Assembly (NCBI GenBank): GCA_963693095.2
Contig: OY843768.1
Coordinates: forward strand, 896,001 to 960,000
From: Cenarchaeum sp.
GTDB lineage: Archaea > Thermoproteota > Nitrososphaeria > Nitrososphaerales > Nitrosopumilaceae
Length of the DNA: 64,000 nt
Direction of reading: 5' to 3'
Shown here one piece after another: positions 40,238-50,501 of the stretch; the first letter of the stretch is position 1; each line of letters opens with the position of its first letter. The translations under genes and the position numbers were made by a program. Below the pieces are notes generated by a model. It ran no database searches. It was not told the origin of the DNA and was given only the letters and a program-made list of their open reading frames with translations.

Positions 40238-41009
40238 GTCCCGCACATGGCCAATTTTGCTATTTATAGATATGCGGATTGGCGCCACTGCCGGCCCGCA
40301 AGCGGGGGCAATCCCACAGCGTCTAGACGTTCACGCGAGCCAGGTCAGAACCCTGCGCTGCAGCTTTGCCAATCCGGGTATGGTTATATTATGGGATGGG
40401 CAAAGGCCGACGAACAAGTCATGGAACCCACAGATTACAGGCCCGCGCGCCATGGTTCGCGAACGCCTGCCAGGGTTTGGCCCCAGAGACGGGTGGTTGG
40501 AATTGGACACGGTATACACTAGCGAGCTAGACGGATTTGGGTTCCAGGATCTGTGCGCCAGGATATTCAAGAGGCTAGAGTGGGGCGACGTTCAGACATA
40601 CACCACGCAGGACAAGGGCAGGGACATTGGTATAGACACGCCAGACGGGCACATAGTCATAGAGTGCAAGCACCAGCCCGGCGGCACTGTTGGCAGGCCG
40701 ATAATACAAAAGCTCCACTCGGCAACAATATGGTTTCATGGAACAAAGGGAGTTGTCGTCACAACAGGGAAGTTTTCAGACGAGGCCGTGGAGCATGCCA
40801 GGGAGCTCTCCAAGAGCATTCCAATAGAGCTTGTCGACTGGCACGAGCTCCGCAAGCTGGCGCATGGCGCCGGAATCAACATTTACGAAAGCGTCGACAA
40901 GATGGTGCCAGTCATATACGGGTATCAGGTGGATCATGCCGCCATGCAAAGGCGAGTGACAGAGAGCTTTGAGACGTACAGGAGCAGCCCCAACAGGACA
41001 GCTGATCTA

Positions 41010-42114
41010 TACTCACGAGCTAAAGTTCGTATAGATGATCAAGTTTCCCCGACCCCGCAGCTATATTGATCGCCCCCTCCCGCGCCAGGGCATGGACGAC
41101 CGGAAGCGGGAGGAGCTGAGGGACGCGCACCACAGCGAGAAGAGCGGGCACGTGAGGGACAGGATTCTCGCCGTGCACTGCGTGGTCAACATGGGCATGA
41201 CGCACGAGGACACGGCGGACACGCTGATGCGGTGCCCGGGGTGGGTCGGCAAGTGGGTCGCGCGGTACCGGGAGGGCGGGCTTCCAGCCCTCCGCGACCT
41301 CCCGCGCTCCGGGAGGCCGCTGGCCGTGCCGCGAACGGCGCTCGACGGGATCCTCGCCGACGCGTCGGGATCCCCCACGACCCCGGCCGCGGTCCGCGAC
41401 AGGATCGCCGGGGCGGCGGGGACACTGTTCCACATAGCCAGCGTGAGGAGGCTCATGCGCGAGTTCGGCCTCTCGCGCAAGAGGCCGCGAAAGGCCCACG
41501 TCAACAGGGCGAGCGCGTCCGCCGTCCGCAGCTGGCAGCGGCGCCTTGCGGGGGCGGCGCCACGCCTGGCGCGCGCGGGATACACGATGCTGGTGCAGGA
41601 CGAGTCGATCATCGTGAACGACGCCGGGGGCATGGCGACGCACTGGACGCCGCGCACGGTGCCCGTCTACGAGCCGTACACCGGGAGCCACGAGCGGATC
41701 GTCGTGTACGGGGCGATCGCCGAGGACGGGCGGCAGGCGTTCCGGACGCGCGACAAGTTCAACGCGGACACGTTCGCGCAGTACCTTGCGGAGCTGCACG
41801 GGAAGTTCGGCAAGATCGCCGTCATCGTCGACAGGGCTCCCCAGCACCGCGCGGGGGCGGTCAAGGACCTGCTGCGCGCCAACGGCGAGATCAAGCTCAT
41901 CGAGCTGCCGGTGGGATCCCCGCAGCTAAGCGCCATCGAGGGGACGTGGCGCATACTCAAGAGGGACGTCAGGGTCCCGGGGCAACCACGAACCCTGGAC
42001 GAGCTGAGGATCGCGGTCGGCGAGTACCTCAGGACCAAGCGGTTCAACCTGAACATCTACGCATACCTGAACAGGAAGGTCGTGGAAGGTCACACGAACT
42101 TTAGCTCGTGAGTA
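41010..42114 (+). mobile_element. Complete IS630-family insertion sequence (1105 bp)
   Basis: Perfect 21-bp terminal inverted repeats TACTCACGAGCTAAAGTTCGT (41010-41030 and 42094-42114), flanked by a TA duplication (41008-41009 and 42115-42116). Confidence 0.95.
41035..42111 (+). CDS. IS630-family transposase
   Basis: HTH (WVARYREGG...RSGRP) and catalytic QDES, VDRA and SPQLSAIE, giving DD35E spacing in a single ORF. Confidence 0.95.
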   Translation: MIKFPRPRSYIDRPLPRQGMDDRKREELRDAHHSEKSGHVRDRILAVHCVVNMGMTHEDTADTLMRCPGWVGKWVARYREGGLPALRDLPRSGRPLAVPRTALDGILADASGSPTTPAAVRDRIAGAAGTLFHIASVRRLMREFGLSRKRPRKAHVNRASASAVRSWQRRLAGAAPRLARAGYTMLVQDESIIVNDAGGMATHWTPRTVPVYEPYTGSHERIVVYGAIAEDGRQAFRTRDKFNADTFAQYLAELHGKFGKIAVIVDRAPQHRAGAVKDLLRANGEIKLIELPVGSPQLSAIEGTWRILKRDVRVPGQPRTLDELRIAVGEYLRTKRFNLNIYAYLNRKVVEGHTNFSS

Positions 42115-42871
42115 TAGTAAAGATAAAGGCACTGTCATGGAACGCCGAGCCCGCATACAGGGTAAAATACGACATTGAGGAAAAATTTGAGACGACGACG
42201 TACCTGCTAAAGGACCTAAAAGAGCATGGCCAGATCATCATGATTGACGGTGCCGGCAAGAGGATGCGCGACAGCGCAAAATACGACTTTGTCAACGCGG
42301 CACCGCTTGTTGACTTTGATGAGATAGTGTCAGGAAAGGACTTTCTGCGCGGCACAGACAGCCTCCTGGACCATTTTAGCATCTCGCGGCAGGAGCTCGT
42401 CAGGATTGCAGAGGACATGGTGATTGACACATATACAGAGACGATAAGGTACAAGGGCAAGAATAACGTAAGGTATGAAAAACTCTGCGTCCCCGGCCGC
42501 AAGAGCGTGCGCATTGCGGACATAAAGCAGGTCGTAATTGCCGACTATGACGTCAAGATCGGCATACTCGACCGCGAGATAACCAGGCGCGTCATGGACA
42601 ACACAAAATCGACAATGTTCATTGACAGTGGAATCAAGTGTGTGGACTGCTCAAGGGGCATCGAGGGCGGCGCGGGCCAGGTCTGCAACACGTGCGGCAA
42701 CCTCACACATGCGCGTCGCATGTTTTGGTCATGCGGGTTTGAGTGCAAGGAGTGCAAGAGGACAATATGCCCCATATGCACAAAGTCATCAAGAAGGATG
42801 CTGTTCTTTAAGAGGAGGCTGTGCGGGCAATGCAGTGCGGCCCGTGCGCCCGGCACATAGTGCCAGGCCGC

Positions 42872-43753
42872 CTATATGACCAGGCCCACAACGACTAGCG
42901 CTCCGGCGATGCGCCCAAAGAGCACGGTCCTTTGCATGGCCGGCACAAGGCGCGCGGCATCAGAGTGGTGGCGCCGCAGCATCCTGCCCGCAGAGAGCGC
43001 CAACGGCAGGGCGGCAAGCGAGATTGCGCACTCGGGCGGAAGCGCGCCAAGTGAGATCGAGACGACAAGCGCAGCGCCAAAGGCGGCGACAAACACCCAA
43101 AAGACCGACGCGGCCGCAGTGCGCCCAATGGCCACGACAAGGGTTCGCCTTCCGCCGAGGCGGTCAGCATCATGGTCAGGAAACGACGTGACGAGCAGGA
43201 CGATCGACGAGAGTATCCCCACGCACACGCCTGCGGCCGCTGCGGTCTCGCCAAGTGCGCCAGTCTGTATGTATGCGGTGCCGACCACTATGAGCGCCCC
43301 CTTTGCGGCGACAAAGGCCTCGGCCAGGCCACTATCGACGACCCTTGTGGAGTAAAAGTACACGGATGCCACGGCAAACGCCAGTATGAGCGCGATCGGC
43401 AGCCCGTGCATGAGCACAAAGTACGCGCCGGCGGCCACGCCAAGGCCCATCATGAGCAGGCCGGCTGCCCGCACGGCCTGCGGCGAGAGGGCACCGTCGG
43501 CGATAACGCCGGTCCCACCGCTAAACGGCGTCCTCGTCGTGTGCGCATCGATCCCACGCCTGTGATCCCAATAGTCATTGAGGAGGTCAACACTTGCGTG
43601 AAGCGCAAGGACTCCGGCCAGTGTGAGTATTGCGTCTGCCACGCCGATTGCATGGCCGCCATGCCAGCTAGCGGCGAGCCCTGCAGCAACGGCAACTGCC
43701 GAGGCGGCCATAAAGCGCGCGCGCACTGCGCGAAGCCATACTGACACCGTCAT
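42872..43753 (-). CDS. menA: MenA-like UbiA prenyltransferase
   Basis: NDYWDHRRGID, PFSGG and D.D...GRRTL; multi-TM. Confidence 0.88.
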   Translation of the reverse strand: MTVSVWLRAVRARFMAASAVAVAAGLAASWHGGHAIGVADAILTLAGVLALHASVDLLNDYWDHRRGIDAHTTRTPFSGGTGVIADGALSPQAVRAAGLLMMGLGVAAGAYFVLMHGLPIALILAFAVASVYFYSTRVVDSGLAEAFVAAKGALIVVGTAYIQTGALGETAAAAGVCVGILSSIVLLVTSFPDHDADRLGGRRTLVVAIGRTAAASVFWVFVAAFGAALVVSISLGALPPECAISLAALPLALSAGRMLRRHHSDAARLVPAMQRTVLFGRIAGALVVVGLVI

Positions 43754-44151
43754 ACCAGTGACTCGTCGCTCACCGCGAGCGGCTTTCGGTTCCCAAAGCC
43801 CGAGTCCTTTTCATGCCAGAACTTTACCTCCTCCTCGCCATACTTCCAGCAGAGCCAGACATCGGCATCAAACCTGCGCGATGGAAAGTCAATCAGGCCG
43901 TCATCAATACCCTTGATCGCAATGCCCGTGTCTTCAAGATCCGCGATGGCCGTGTAAAACGCGGCGAGCGCAGAGTTTAGCCCCTGCTTGCGAACCATGT
44001 ACTCCTCGAGCCCAGAGTCCGAGGCGAGCGCCATCTGGACCCCCTGCTCTGCGCGCATTACGGCTGTGCGGCACTTTACGATATGCTCGTACTTTTTGCT
44101 CACTTCCGGAATCGCCGCATTGGCGCTGCTCACCGTATAGTACTCAAACAC
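43750..44151 (-). CDS. DUF2203 family protein
   Basis: GLIDFPS...WLCWKYGE...FWH...GF..RKP. GTG start at 44151. Confidence 0.9.
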   Translation of the reverse strand: MFEYYTVSSANAAIPEVSKKYEHIVKCRTAVMRAEQGVQMALASDSGLEEYMVRKQGLNSALAAFYTAIADLEDTGIAIKGIDDGLIDFPSRRFDADVWLCWKYGEEEVKFWHEKDSGFGNRKPLAVSDESLV

Positions 44152-44201
44152 GGGCACACCGGCAAAGTCGGGCCAATTAAAACCATCGCGGCGCACGCGC
44201 A

Positions 44202-45278
44202 CTAGCGGCGGCGCGCCTTGCGTGGTGCCTTGCGCACGGCTGCCTTGCGCGAACCTGCGCGGGTGGCCACCTGGCGCCGGCCGGTCGTCACCGAACGCCG
44301 CTGCTTTCCCTGAGCCCTGCGCGCAGGCACCCTGGCCACCACACGCCTTGTCGCAGGCTTGCTAGCGGCCTTTCTTGACCTAGCGGCACCTGACTGCGAC
44401 GGCCTTGCCGCACGCGAGCCCGTGGCCTTTCTTGCCGGCCTGCGCGAGGCCTTTTTTGACCTAGCGGCACCTGACTGTGACGGCCTTGCCGCACGCAAGC
44501 CTGTGGCCTTTCTTGTCGTCCTGCGCGGCGCCTTTCTGGACCGAGCGGCCCCTGACTGTGACGGCCTTGCCGCACGCGCGCCTGTTGCCCTCTTTGGGGC
44601 CTTGCGCCCCGTCGACCTTTTCTTTGTCGTTGTGCGCCTTCGCCTCTTGGCAGACTCGGCCATCCTGGACCTAATCTTTGCCAGTGTGCGCGATGCTGAC
44701 TCTTTCTGGCGTGACTTGGCGCCTAGCCTCTTTGAGAGCGCACTTGACCTCTTTTTGCCAACGGAGACCTGGCGCGCAAGCGAGGGGCGAGCCTGGCGCT
44801 TTTTGCGTATGCGTGAGGAGAGCTTTGCCTTTTCGGATGTAATGGAGGCGATCTCGGCCATCGTCTTTTTGACCGTCTTTTTGCGAAGTCGTATCTCGCG
44901 CTCTAGCTGTGCGATCGTGTCAGATATCGAGTTGACGCGCCACAGTGCCGAGCGGCGCCTGTCCTCATTTGTCGCCTCGTCGGCCTCGCGCTGGGCATCA
45001 CTGCGCGCCTGACGCTCGCGCTCAAGTCGTTCACCGGCAGCCTCGATCAGGCGGTTTATGCTGTTTTGGCGCTCTATGCCCTGTGAGAGTGATGACGAGA
45101 CGTCAACGAGCGTGTCGTGAGCGCCCTGTATGCCACGCTCTATGGCCTGCAGTCCAGACGATGATCGACGTAGCGCGTCATGCTCCTTTTTGAGCTCGCG
45201 CCTAGTCTTGCGGAGCATTGTGCTAGCGTCCGCCTTTTTTTTCTCAAGCCTAGTTGCCAGGCTGACAAGTCTCCCCAT
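44202..45278 (-). CDS. Coiled-coil protein with highly basic, histone-H1-like repetitive tail
   Basis: Heptad-rich N-terminal part and an R/K/A/S-rich C-terminus. Start is ATG 45278 or GTG 45281. Confidence 0.75.
   Translation of the reverse strand: MGRLVSLATRLEKKKADASTMLRKTRRELKKEHDALRRSSSGLQAIERGIQGAHDTLVDVSSSLSQGIERQNSINRLIEAAGERLERERQARSDAQREADEATNEDRRRSALWRVNSISDTIAQLEREIRLRKKTVKKTMAEIASITSEKAKLSSRIRKKRQARPSLARQVSVGKKRSSALSKRLGAKSRQKESASRTLAKIRSRMAESAKRRRRTTTKKRSTGRKAPKRATGARAARPSQSGAARSRKAPRRTTRKATGLRAARPSQSGAARSKKASRRPARKATGSRAARPSQSGAARSRKAASKPATRRVVARVPARRAQGKQRRSVTTGRRQVATRAGSRKAAVRKAPRKARRR
44352..44594 (-). repeat. Three tandem 81-bp (27-aa) coding repeats
   Basis: GACGGCCTTGCCGCACGC recurs at 44398, 44479 and 44560, encoding xxATGxRAARPSQSGAARSxKA. 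Confidence 0.95.
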
Positions 45279-45591
45279 CACTTGTCTGAACAGCGCACAT
45301 TCGGTTAAGTGGCCATGATAACCATGTGTTGACATGTGTGTAAAGAAAGTTAACCGCCGGTGGCCGGATCGGGGAGCGAGTGTGCACATGATCGCAGGCC
45401 GGATCCCAATGGCGCGCCGGGCATAAACGCAGCATTGCCCTGGCCACATGGCCGGTGCCGCGAGAGCCCAGCGCAGGGGTTCTCGCAGATGGCCGCCGAC
45501 ACCCCCAGGCCACGGGGCAGGTCGCCTCGCTCAGAGCCGATGCCAGGGCATGGAGAACACGAGCCCCAGGCAGGGCCTGCGGGGCAGGCGC

Positions 45592-46029
45592 CTAGTAGAG
45601 CCCTGCGGCCTCTTCCTTGAGGGACTCGGCGCTGCCGTCAGGGTGATCAGAGGCGATGTGCTTGTAGAGCGCGAACTTTAGTATCTTGAGGGAGAGGAGC
45701 GCGCACTTTATGCGGACCGCCTGGAGGTGCTCAAGGCCCAGCTCGGAGAGGAGCTCGCCCTTTTGGATGGCGCGGATGTCATCTATGCTCTTTCCCTTGG
45801 CGAGCTCGGTTAGGACCGACGTGCATGCCATGCAGATCGCGCACCCCTGGCCACGGAACTTTATGTCCGACAGCTTGCCGTCGGCGAACTTTAGGTCCAT
45901 GTCAAGGCTGTCGCCACAGAGTGGGTTGGAGTCATGATGCGTCACGTCAGGGCTGTCGATCTGTCCAAAATTGAGCGGATTGCGCGAATAGTCGATTATC
46001 ATCTCATGGTAGATGTCCGTGCTACTCAA
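45592..46029 (-). CDS. iscU: IscU/SufU-type Fe-S scaffold
   Basis: NPLCGD, GCAIC and RIKCA. TTG start at 46029. Confidence 0.93.
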   Translation of the reverse strand: MSSTDIYHEMIIDYSRNPLNFGQIDSPDVTHHDSNPLCGDSLDMDLKFADGKLSDIKFRGQGCAICMACTSVLTELAKGKSIDDIRAIQKGELLSELGLEHLQAVRIKCALLSLKILKFALYKHIASDHPDGSAESLKEEAAGLY

Positions 46030-47266
46030 CCTTGAACGTCCTCGCAACCTTGTGAAGTGAGGTGACTAGCGCATCAATGTCCTCCTTTGTGTTGTACACG
46101 TAAAAGCTTGCGCGCGATGTTGCCGCAATCCCTAGCTTTTCCATGAGAACCTGGGCGCAGTGGTGTCCTGAGCGCATCGCAATTCCGTCACCGTCAACAA
46201 TTTGCGCCACATCGTGCGGATGCACGTCGTGAAAGTTGAAGGATATCACGCTGCCGTGCTTTGAGAGGTCAGGCGTCCCATACACGCGCAGTCCGCGTAT
46301 TTCTGTCAGCGCGCGCATCGCATATTTGGTAAGGGTCGCACCGTGCTCGTGGACACGCTCCATTCCAATTCCCTCAAGGTACTTGATCGCCGTGCCAAGC
46401 CCAATCACGCCGGCAATGCCCGGCGTGCCGGCCTCAAACTTGTAGGGCACGTCATTCCACGTTGTCTCTTGCCGATGAACCTCCCGTATCATGTCTCCCC
46501 CGCCATGAAACGGATCCATCGACTCGAGCGTTTCGCGACGTGCCCACAAAACCCCAATTCCGGTCGGCGCAAGCATCTTGTGGCCAGAGAACGCGAAAAA
46601 GTCGCATCCAAGCGCATCAACGTTGACGCCCATGTGGGGCACGGCCTGCGCGCCGTCAATGAGCGTGCGCACGCCGGCCGCACGGCACATCCTGACAATT
46701 GCAGTTGAGTCTGAGACTGTCCCGAGCACGTTGGACATTAGGCTGAACGTGACAAGCTTTACGCGCCCCGTGGCTAGGTGGCGCTCGAGATCCGCAAGAA
46801 CCAGCTCGCCATTGTCATCAATGTTGATGTACTCTAGGCGCGCCCCGCGCTCCTTGGCCAGGATCTGCCAGGGCACGATATTGCTGTGGTGCTCGTACTC
46901 GGTCGTCACTATAATGTCGCCGGCGCCAATGTTGCGGCGGCCCCACGAGTACGCAACGAGGTTGATCGCCTCAGTCGTCCCGCGCACAAAGACTATCTCG
47001 CGCCGGTCAGATGCGCCTATGAACCTAGCCACAGTGTCGCGCACGCCCTCATAGTCAGCAGTGGCCTCCTCGGCAAGCTCGTACACTGCCCTGTGGATGT
47101 TGGCGTTGCCGTTCTCATAGTATGTGCGTATCGCGTCGATCACCTGCTGTGGCTTTTGGCTCGTCGAGGCGTTGTCAAGATAGACTAGCTGCTTGCCGCC
47201 GCGCACTGTCCTAGACAGTATCGGAAAGTCGCCGCGCACGTCAAGTGTCGCCTGTGCGGACTGCAT
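46022..47266 (-). CDS. sufS: Cysteine desulfurase (group II)
   Basis: YLDNAST, FSGHKML and RSGHHCAQ. ATG at 47266. Confidence 0.96.
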   Translation of the reverse strand: MQSAQATLDVRGDFPILSRTVRGGKQLVYLDNASTSQKPQQVIDAIRTYYENGNANIHRAVYELAEEATADYEGVRDTVARFIGASDRREIVFVRGTTEAINLVAYSWGRRNIGAGDIIVTTEYEHHSNIVPWQILAKERGARLEYINIDDNGELVLADLERHLATGRVKLVTFSLMSNVLGTVSDSTAIVRMCRAAGVRTLIDGAQAVPHMGVNVDALGCDFFAFSGHKMLAPTGIGVLWARRETLESMDPFHGGGDMIREVHRQETTWNDVPYKFEAGTPGIAGVIGLGTAIKYLEGIGMERVHEHGATLTKYAMRALTEIRGLRVYGTPDLSKHGSVISFNFHDVHPHDVAQIVDGDGIAMRSGHHCAQVLMEKLGIAATSRASFYVYNTKEDIDALVTSLHKVARTFKVE

Positions 47267-47267
47267 G

Positions 47268-47597
47268 CTACACCTCGACGTAGACGGCATTCCCGTCTAT
47301 TCTTGCCGGATACACGCCTAGTGGGCTCTCGGCTGGCGGGTTTAGCGGTATTCCCGTCTCCATGTCAAAGACAGAGAGGTGCAGCGGGCAGCGCACGCCG
47401 GGACTGCCGTGCTGGCCGGCTCCCGGGGCGACGAACCCCGTCGAGAGGTCTGCGTCTGCGTGCGTGCATATGCCATCAGACGCGTACACACGCTCCCCCT
47501 CGCGAAGTATAATCAGGCTCTTGCCGCCACACTTTACTGCGCAAACCTCGCCGTCAGCCGCCTCGTCAATCCCGCATGCCCTGGTCCACGTCGCCAC
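47268..47597 (-). CDS. Rieske-type [2Fe-2S] ferredoxin
   Basis: CTH...CPLH. Confidence 0.92.
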   Translation of the reverse strand: MATWTRACGIDEAADGEVCAVKCGGKSLIILREGERVYASDGICTHADADLSTGFVAPGAGQHGSPGVRCPLHLSVFDMETGIPLNPPAESPLGVYPARIDGNAVYVEV

Positions 47598-47604
47598 CCC
47601 GCAG

Positions 47605-49011
47605 TCACCTGTACTTGTAGTGCTGCTCTATCTCGGCGTTCTCGTTATATCGCGTCTCCTCGACTTCGATAAACTTGCGCAGCTCCTCATCACTGTTTAT
47701 CTTTAGCGCGCGCCCGTCCCACTTTGACTCCACTAGCGAGGCTATCCACGCGCGAACCTCATAGGACATCTTTCGCGAGAGCGGCTCAAGGAACCCCTCC
47801 ACTATGATCCTCTCAGCGGCAGCACGGCTCATGCACCTCGCCTGCAGGTAGAACAGCTGCTCCTCGTCTATCTGTGCCACAGACGCCGAGTGCGTGGCCT
47901 TTACGTCATTGGTCGCTATCTCCAGTCCAGGTATGGAATCGGACTTTGCGTCCGGATCAAGGAGTATTGAGCGGCCCGAGAGGTACGAGTTTGACTTTGC
48001 GGCATTTTCGCGGATTCGTATCATTCCCTTGAACAGCGAGCGCGAGCGGTCGCGCAGGATCGACTTTTCTGTGACGCGTCCCTCGGTGGATGGCGCGTTG
48101 TGGTTTATGCACGCCTGTATGTCAAATGACTGCTCGCCGCTCCCAAACGCTACTTCAGAGTCAGTCACGGCAGCACCCTGCCCAACGAGGTCATAGTCTA
48201 TGCGGTATCGCGAGAGTGATGAGCCAAACAGGCCAAGGTACCAGTTCGTCGAGGCGTCCTGCTCCACGCTGGCACGGCGTGTCGAAAAGTTGAACGCGCG
48301 CTCGTCCATCATCTGCAGCGTTGTCACGTCAAGGCGTGCGCCAGGCGCGACAGTCGACGTGAGGAGCTCCATGTGGGCCTGCTCGGCGCCTGCGCCAGGA
48401 GAGTAGAGCTCTTGCACTATCGACGACCGGCTTGACTTGCCGGCAATGATGACGTTGCGCGATATCGACGAGGCGCCCCCCTCTGGCAGGCATGAGACCA
48501 GGTGTATCGAGCCCTCCAGGACAGCTCCGTCAGGAATGTGCACAAACATGCCAGAGTCAAATGCGGCCATGTTGAGCGCCGTAAAGCGGTCCTCTGATGC
48601 GTCTGCGGACTCGAGGGCCGACCTGAGGAGCTCGGGGCTCTCAGAGACGGCGTCAGCTATCGGCATCACCTTGACGCCAGCAGACGCCAGCGAGTCAGGA
48701 ATGCTTATGGCCTCGGTTCGCGAGCCGACCTGCACGGCGTATGCCATTCCCGACCCCGACAGCTCGCCGAGGCGCACCCTGATGGCCTCAGGCACGCCCT
48801 GCGGGGCGGCCGTGTCGAGCATGACGCTCTCGGGATTCATCCTCTTTGCGTCAGTATAGTGCTCATAGAGAACCGACGTCTCTAGCGGGAGCGACTCGTA
48901 TGACTCTAGCGCGCCGCGGCGAAGCGAGGCGAGCCATTCAGGCTCGCTGCGAGACGAGGAGACCCCGTCAACATGTCCGCGATCCACCGTGGAGAGCGCA
49001 AGCCTTGACAT
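47605..49011 (-). CDS. sufD: Fe-S assembly protein SufD
   Basis: PGLEIATNDVKATHSA and LFYLQAR; follows sufB. Confidence 0.92.
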   Translation of the reverse strand: MSRLALSTVDRGHVDGVSSSRSEPEWLASLRRGALESYESLPLETSVLYEHYTDAKRMNPESVMLDTAAPQGVPEAIRVRLGELSGSGMAYAVQVGSRTEAISIPDSLASAGVKVMPIADAVSESPELLRSALESADASEDRFTALNMAAFDSGMFVHIPDGAVLEGSIHLVSCLPEGGASSISRNVIIAGKSSRSSIVQELYSPGAGAEQAHMELLTSTVAPGARLDVTTLQMMDERAFNFSTRRASVEQDASTNWYLGLFGSSLSRYRIDYDLVGQGAAVTDSEVAFGSGEQSFDIQACINHNAPSTEGRVTEKSILRDRSRSLFKGMIRIRENAAKSNSYLSGRSILLDPDAKSDSIPGLEIATNDVKATHSASVAQIDEEQLFYLQARCMSRAAAERIIVEGFLEPLSRKMSYEVRAWIASLVESKWDGRALKINSDEELRKFIEVEETRYNENAEIEQHYKYR

Positions 49012-49047
49012 TTGTCAGATCGCCCCCACACATGGTGCGGACATGGT

Positions 49048-50448
49048 CTAGCCCACCGATCCGTCCATCTCGAGCTTTATGAGTCGGTTGAGCTCGACGG
49101 CATACTCCATGGGGAGCTCCTTTGTGAACGGCTCCATAAACCCGTTGACGATGAGCGAGAGCGCCTCCTCCTCGGTGAATCCGCGCGTCATGAGGTAGAA
49201 TATCTGCTCGTCGCCGATCTTGCCGACTGTCGCCTCGTGTGTTATCGTCGCGTCCTCCTGGTCTATCTCCATGTAGGGGTATGTGTCAGTCTTTGACGTG
49301 TCGTCCAGGAGCAGCGCATCGCAGCGGACAGTCGACTTTACGCCCGTTGAGCCCTTTGCGACCTTTAGGAGGCCGCGGTATGTGGAGCGCCCGTCCAGGC
49401 GGCTCACGGACTTTGACGTTATCTTTGATGTCGTCTCGGGCGCGAGGTGGACCATCTTTGCCCCCGTGTCCTGGTGCTGGCCCTTGCCGGCAAACGCTAT
49501 CGAGAGCGTCTCGCCGTACGCGCGGCGGCCCATGAGGTATATTCCGGGATACTTCATCGTTATCTTGCTGCCAATGTTGCCATCGATCCACTCGACTGTG
49601 GCGCCTTCGTAGGCATACGCGCGCTTTGTGACAAGGTTGTACACGTCGCTGCTCCAGTTCTGTATGGTCGTGTAGCGAAGCTTTGCGTCCTTTAGCGCGA
49701 CGAGCTCGACTACTGCAGAGTGGAGCGATTCAGACGAGTATACCGGTGCCGTGCAGCCCTCGATATAGTGGACCTCGGCGCCCTCATCGGCGATGATCAG
49801 CGTGCGCTCAAACTGGCCAATGTTCTCGGCGTTTATCCTAAAGTAGGCCTGCAGGGGCATGTCCACCTTTACGCCCGGAGGGATGTAGATGAACGATCCG
49901 CCGCTCCAGACTGCGCTGTTTAGCGCGGCAAACTTGTTGTCCTCGGGCGGGATGATCTTGCCAAAGTACTTTCTGAGTATCTCGGGCTGCTCCTTGAGCG
50001 CAGTGTCCGTGTCAAGGAAGAGGACTCCCTGCTTTGCGAGATCGTCGCGAAGGCTGTGGTAGACGACTTCAGACTCGTACTGTGCGCCGACGCCGGCGAG
50101 GAACTTTTTCTCGGCCTCTGGTATGCCGAGCTTGTTGAACGTGTTCTTTATGTCATCAGGGACGTCATCCCAGCTCTTCTCGGCCTTGTCAGAGGCCTTT
50201 GCGTAATAGTAGATGTTCTGAAAGTCGATCGTGCTCAGGTCTGCGCCCCATGTGGGCATTGGACGCTTCATGAATGCCTCATACGAGCGCAGCCTAAAGT
50301 CAAGCATCCACTGCGGCTCGTCCTTCATCTTGCTTATGCTAGTCACGACATCCTTTGAGAGGCCCTTCTTGCTCAGGTGCACGTACATGTCAGTGGAGTC
50401 CTTAAAGTCGTACTTTGAGTAGTCCATCTCAAGGGGCTCTGTCGCCAT
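49048..50448 (-). CDS. sufB: Fe-S assembly protein SufB
   Basis: [25 protein letters not shown] and HEATVGKI. Confidence 0.97.
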   Translation of the reverse strand: MATEPLEMDYSKYDFKDSTDMYVHLSKKGLSKDVVTSISKMKDEPQWMLDFRLRSYEAFMKRPMPTWGADLSTIDFQNIYYYAKASDKAEKSWDDVPDDIKNTFNKLGIPEAEKKFLAGVGAQYESEVVYHSLRDDLAKQGVLFLDTDTALKEQPEILRKYFGKIIPPEDNKFAALNSAVWSGGSFIYIPPGVKVDMPLQAYFRINAENIGQFERTLIIADEGAEVHYIEGCTAPVYSSESLHSAVVELVALKDAKLRYTTIQNWSSDVYNLVTKRAYAYEGATVEWIDGNIGSKITMKYPGIYLMGRRAYGETLSIAFAGKGQHQDTGAKMVHLAPETTSKITSKSVSRLDGRSTYRGLLKVAKGSTGVKSTVRCDALLLDDTSKTDTYPYMEIDQEDATITHEATVGKIGDEQIFYLMTRGFTEEEALSLIVNGFMEPFTKELPMEYAVELNRLIKLEMDGSVG

Positions 50449-50501
50449 CAAGGCACATTGCGCGCCCAATATTATAAATATATAGGGAAAGATAGGCGCA
50501 A

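Larger units (their letters stand above)
40497..42860 (+). pseudogene. Mrr-type (PD-(D/E)xK) restriction endonuclease with C-terminal zinc fingers, interrupted by IS630
   Basis: DKGRDI...IECK...VGRPIIQKL...TTGKFS. Removing the IS and one TA joins RTADL to VKIKALS in frame (about 418 aa from TTG 40497). Confidence 0.85.

Noticed and set aside
44352-44594. Periodic repeats as a CRISPR array
   Set aside because: They are in-frame 81-bp coding repeats without unique spacers, and no cas genes are present.
47390-47430. Hairpin-forming insert in the Rieske gene (CCGGGA-GCCG-GCCAGCA-CGGC-AG-TCCCGG) as a second BHB intron
   Set aside because: The bulge is 2 nt, there is no intron helix, and the predicted 11-nt excision would break a frame that is already open.
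45592-50448. Absence of sufC from the suf cluster, and of hemA/hemB from the hem cluster
   Set aside because: These genes may lie elsewhere in the genome, so absence cannot be judged from one window.
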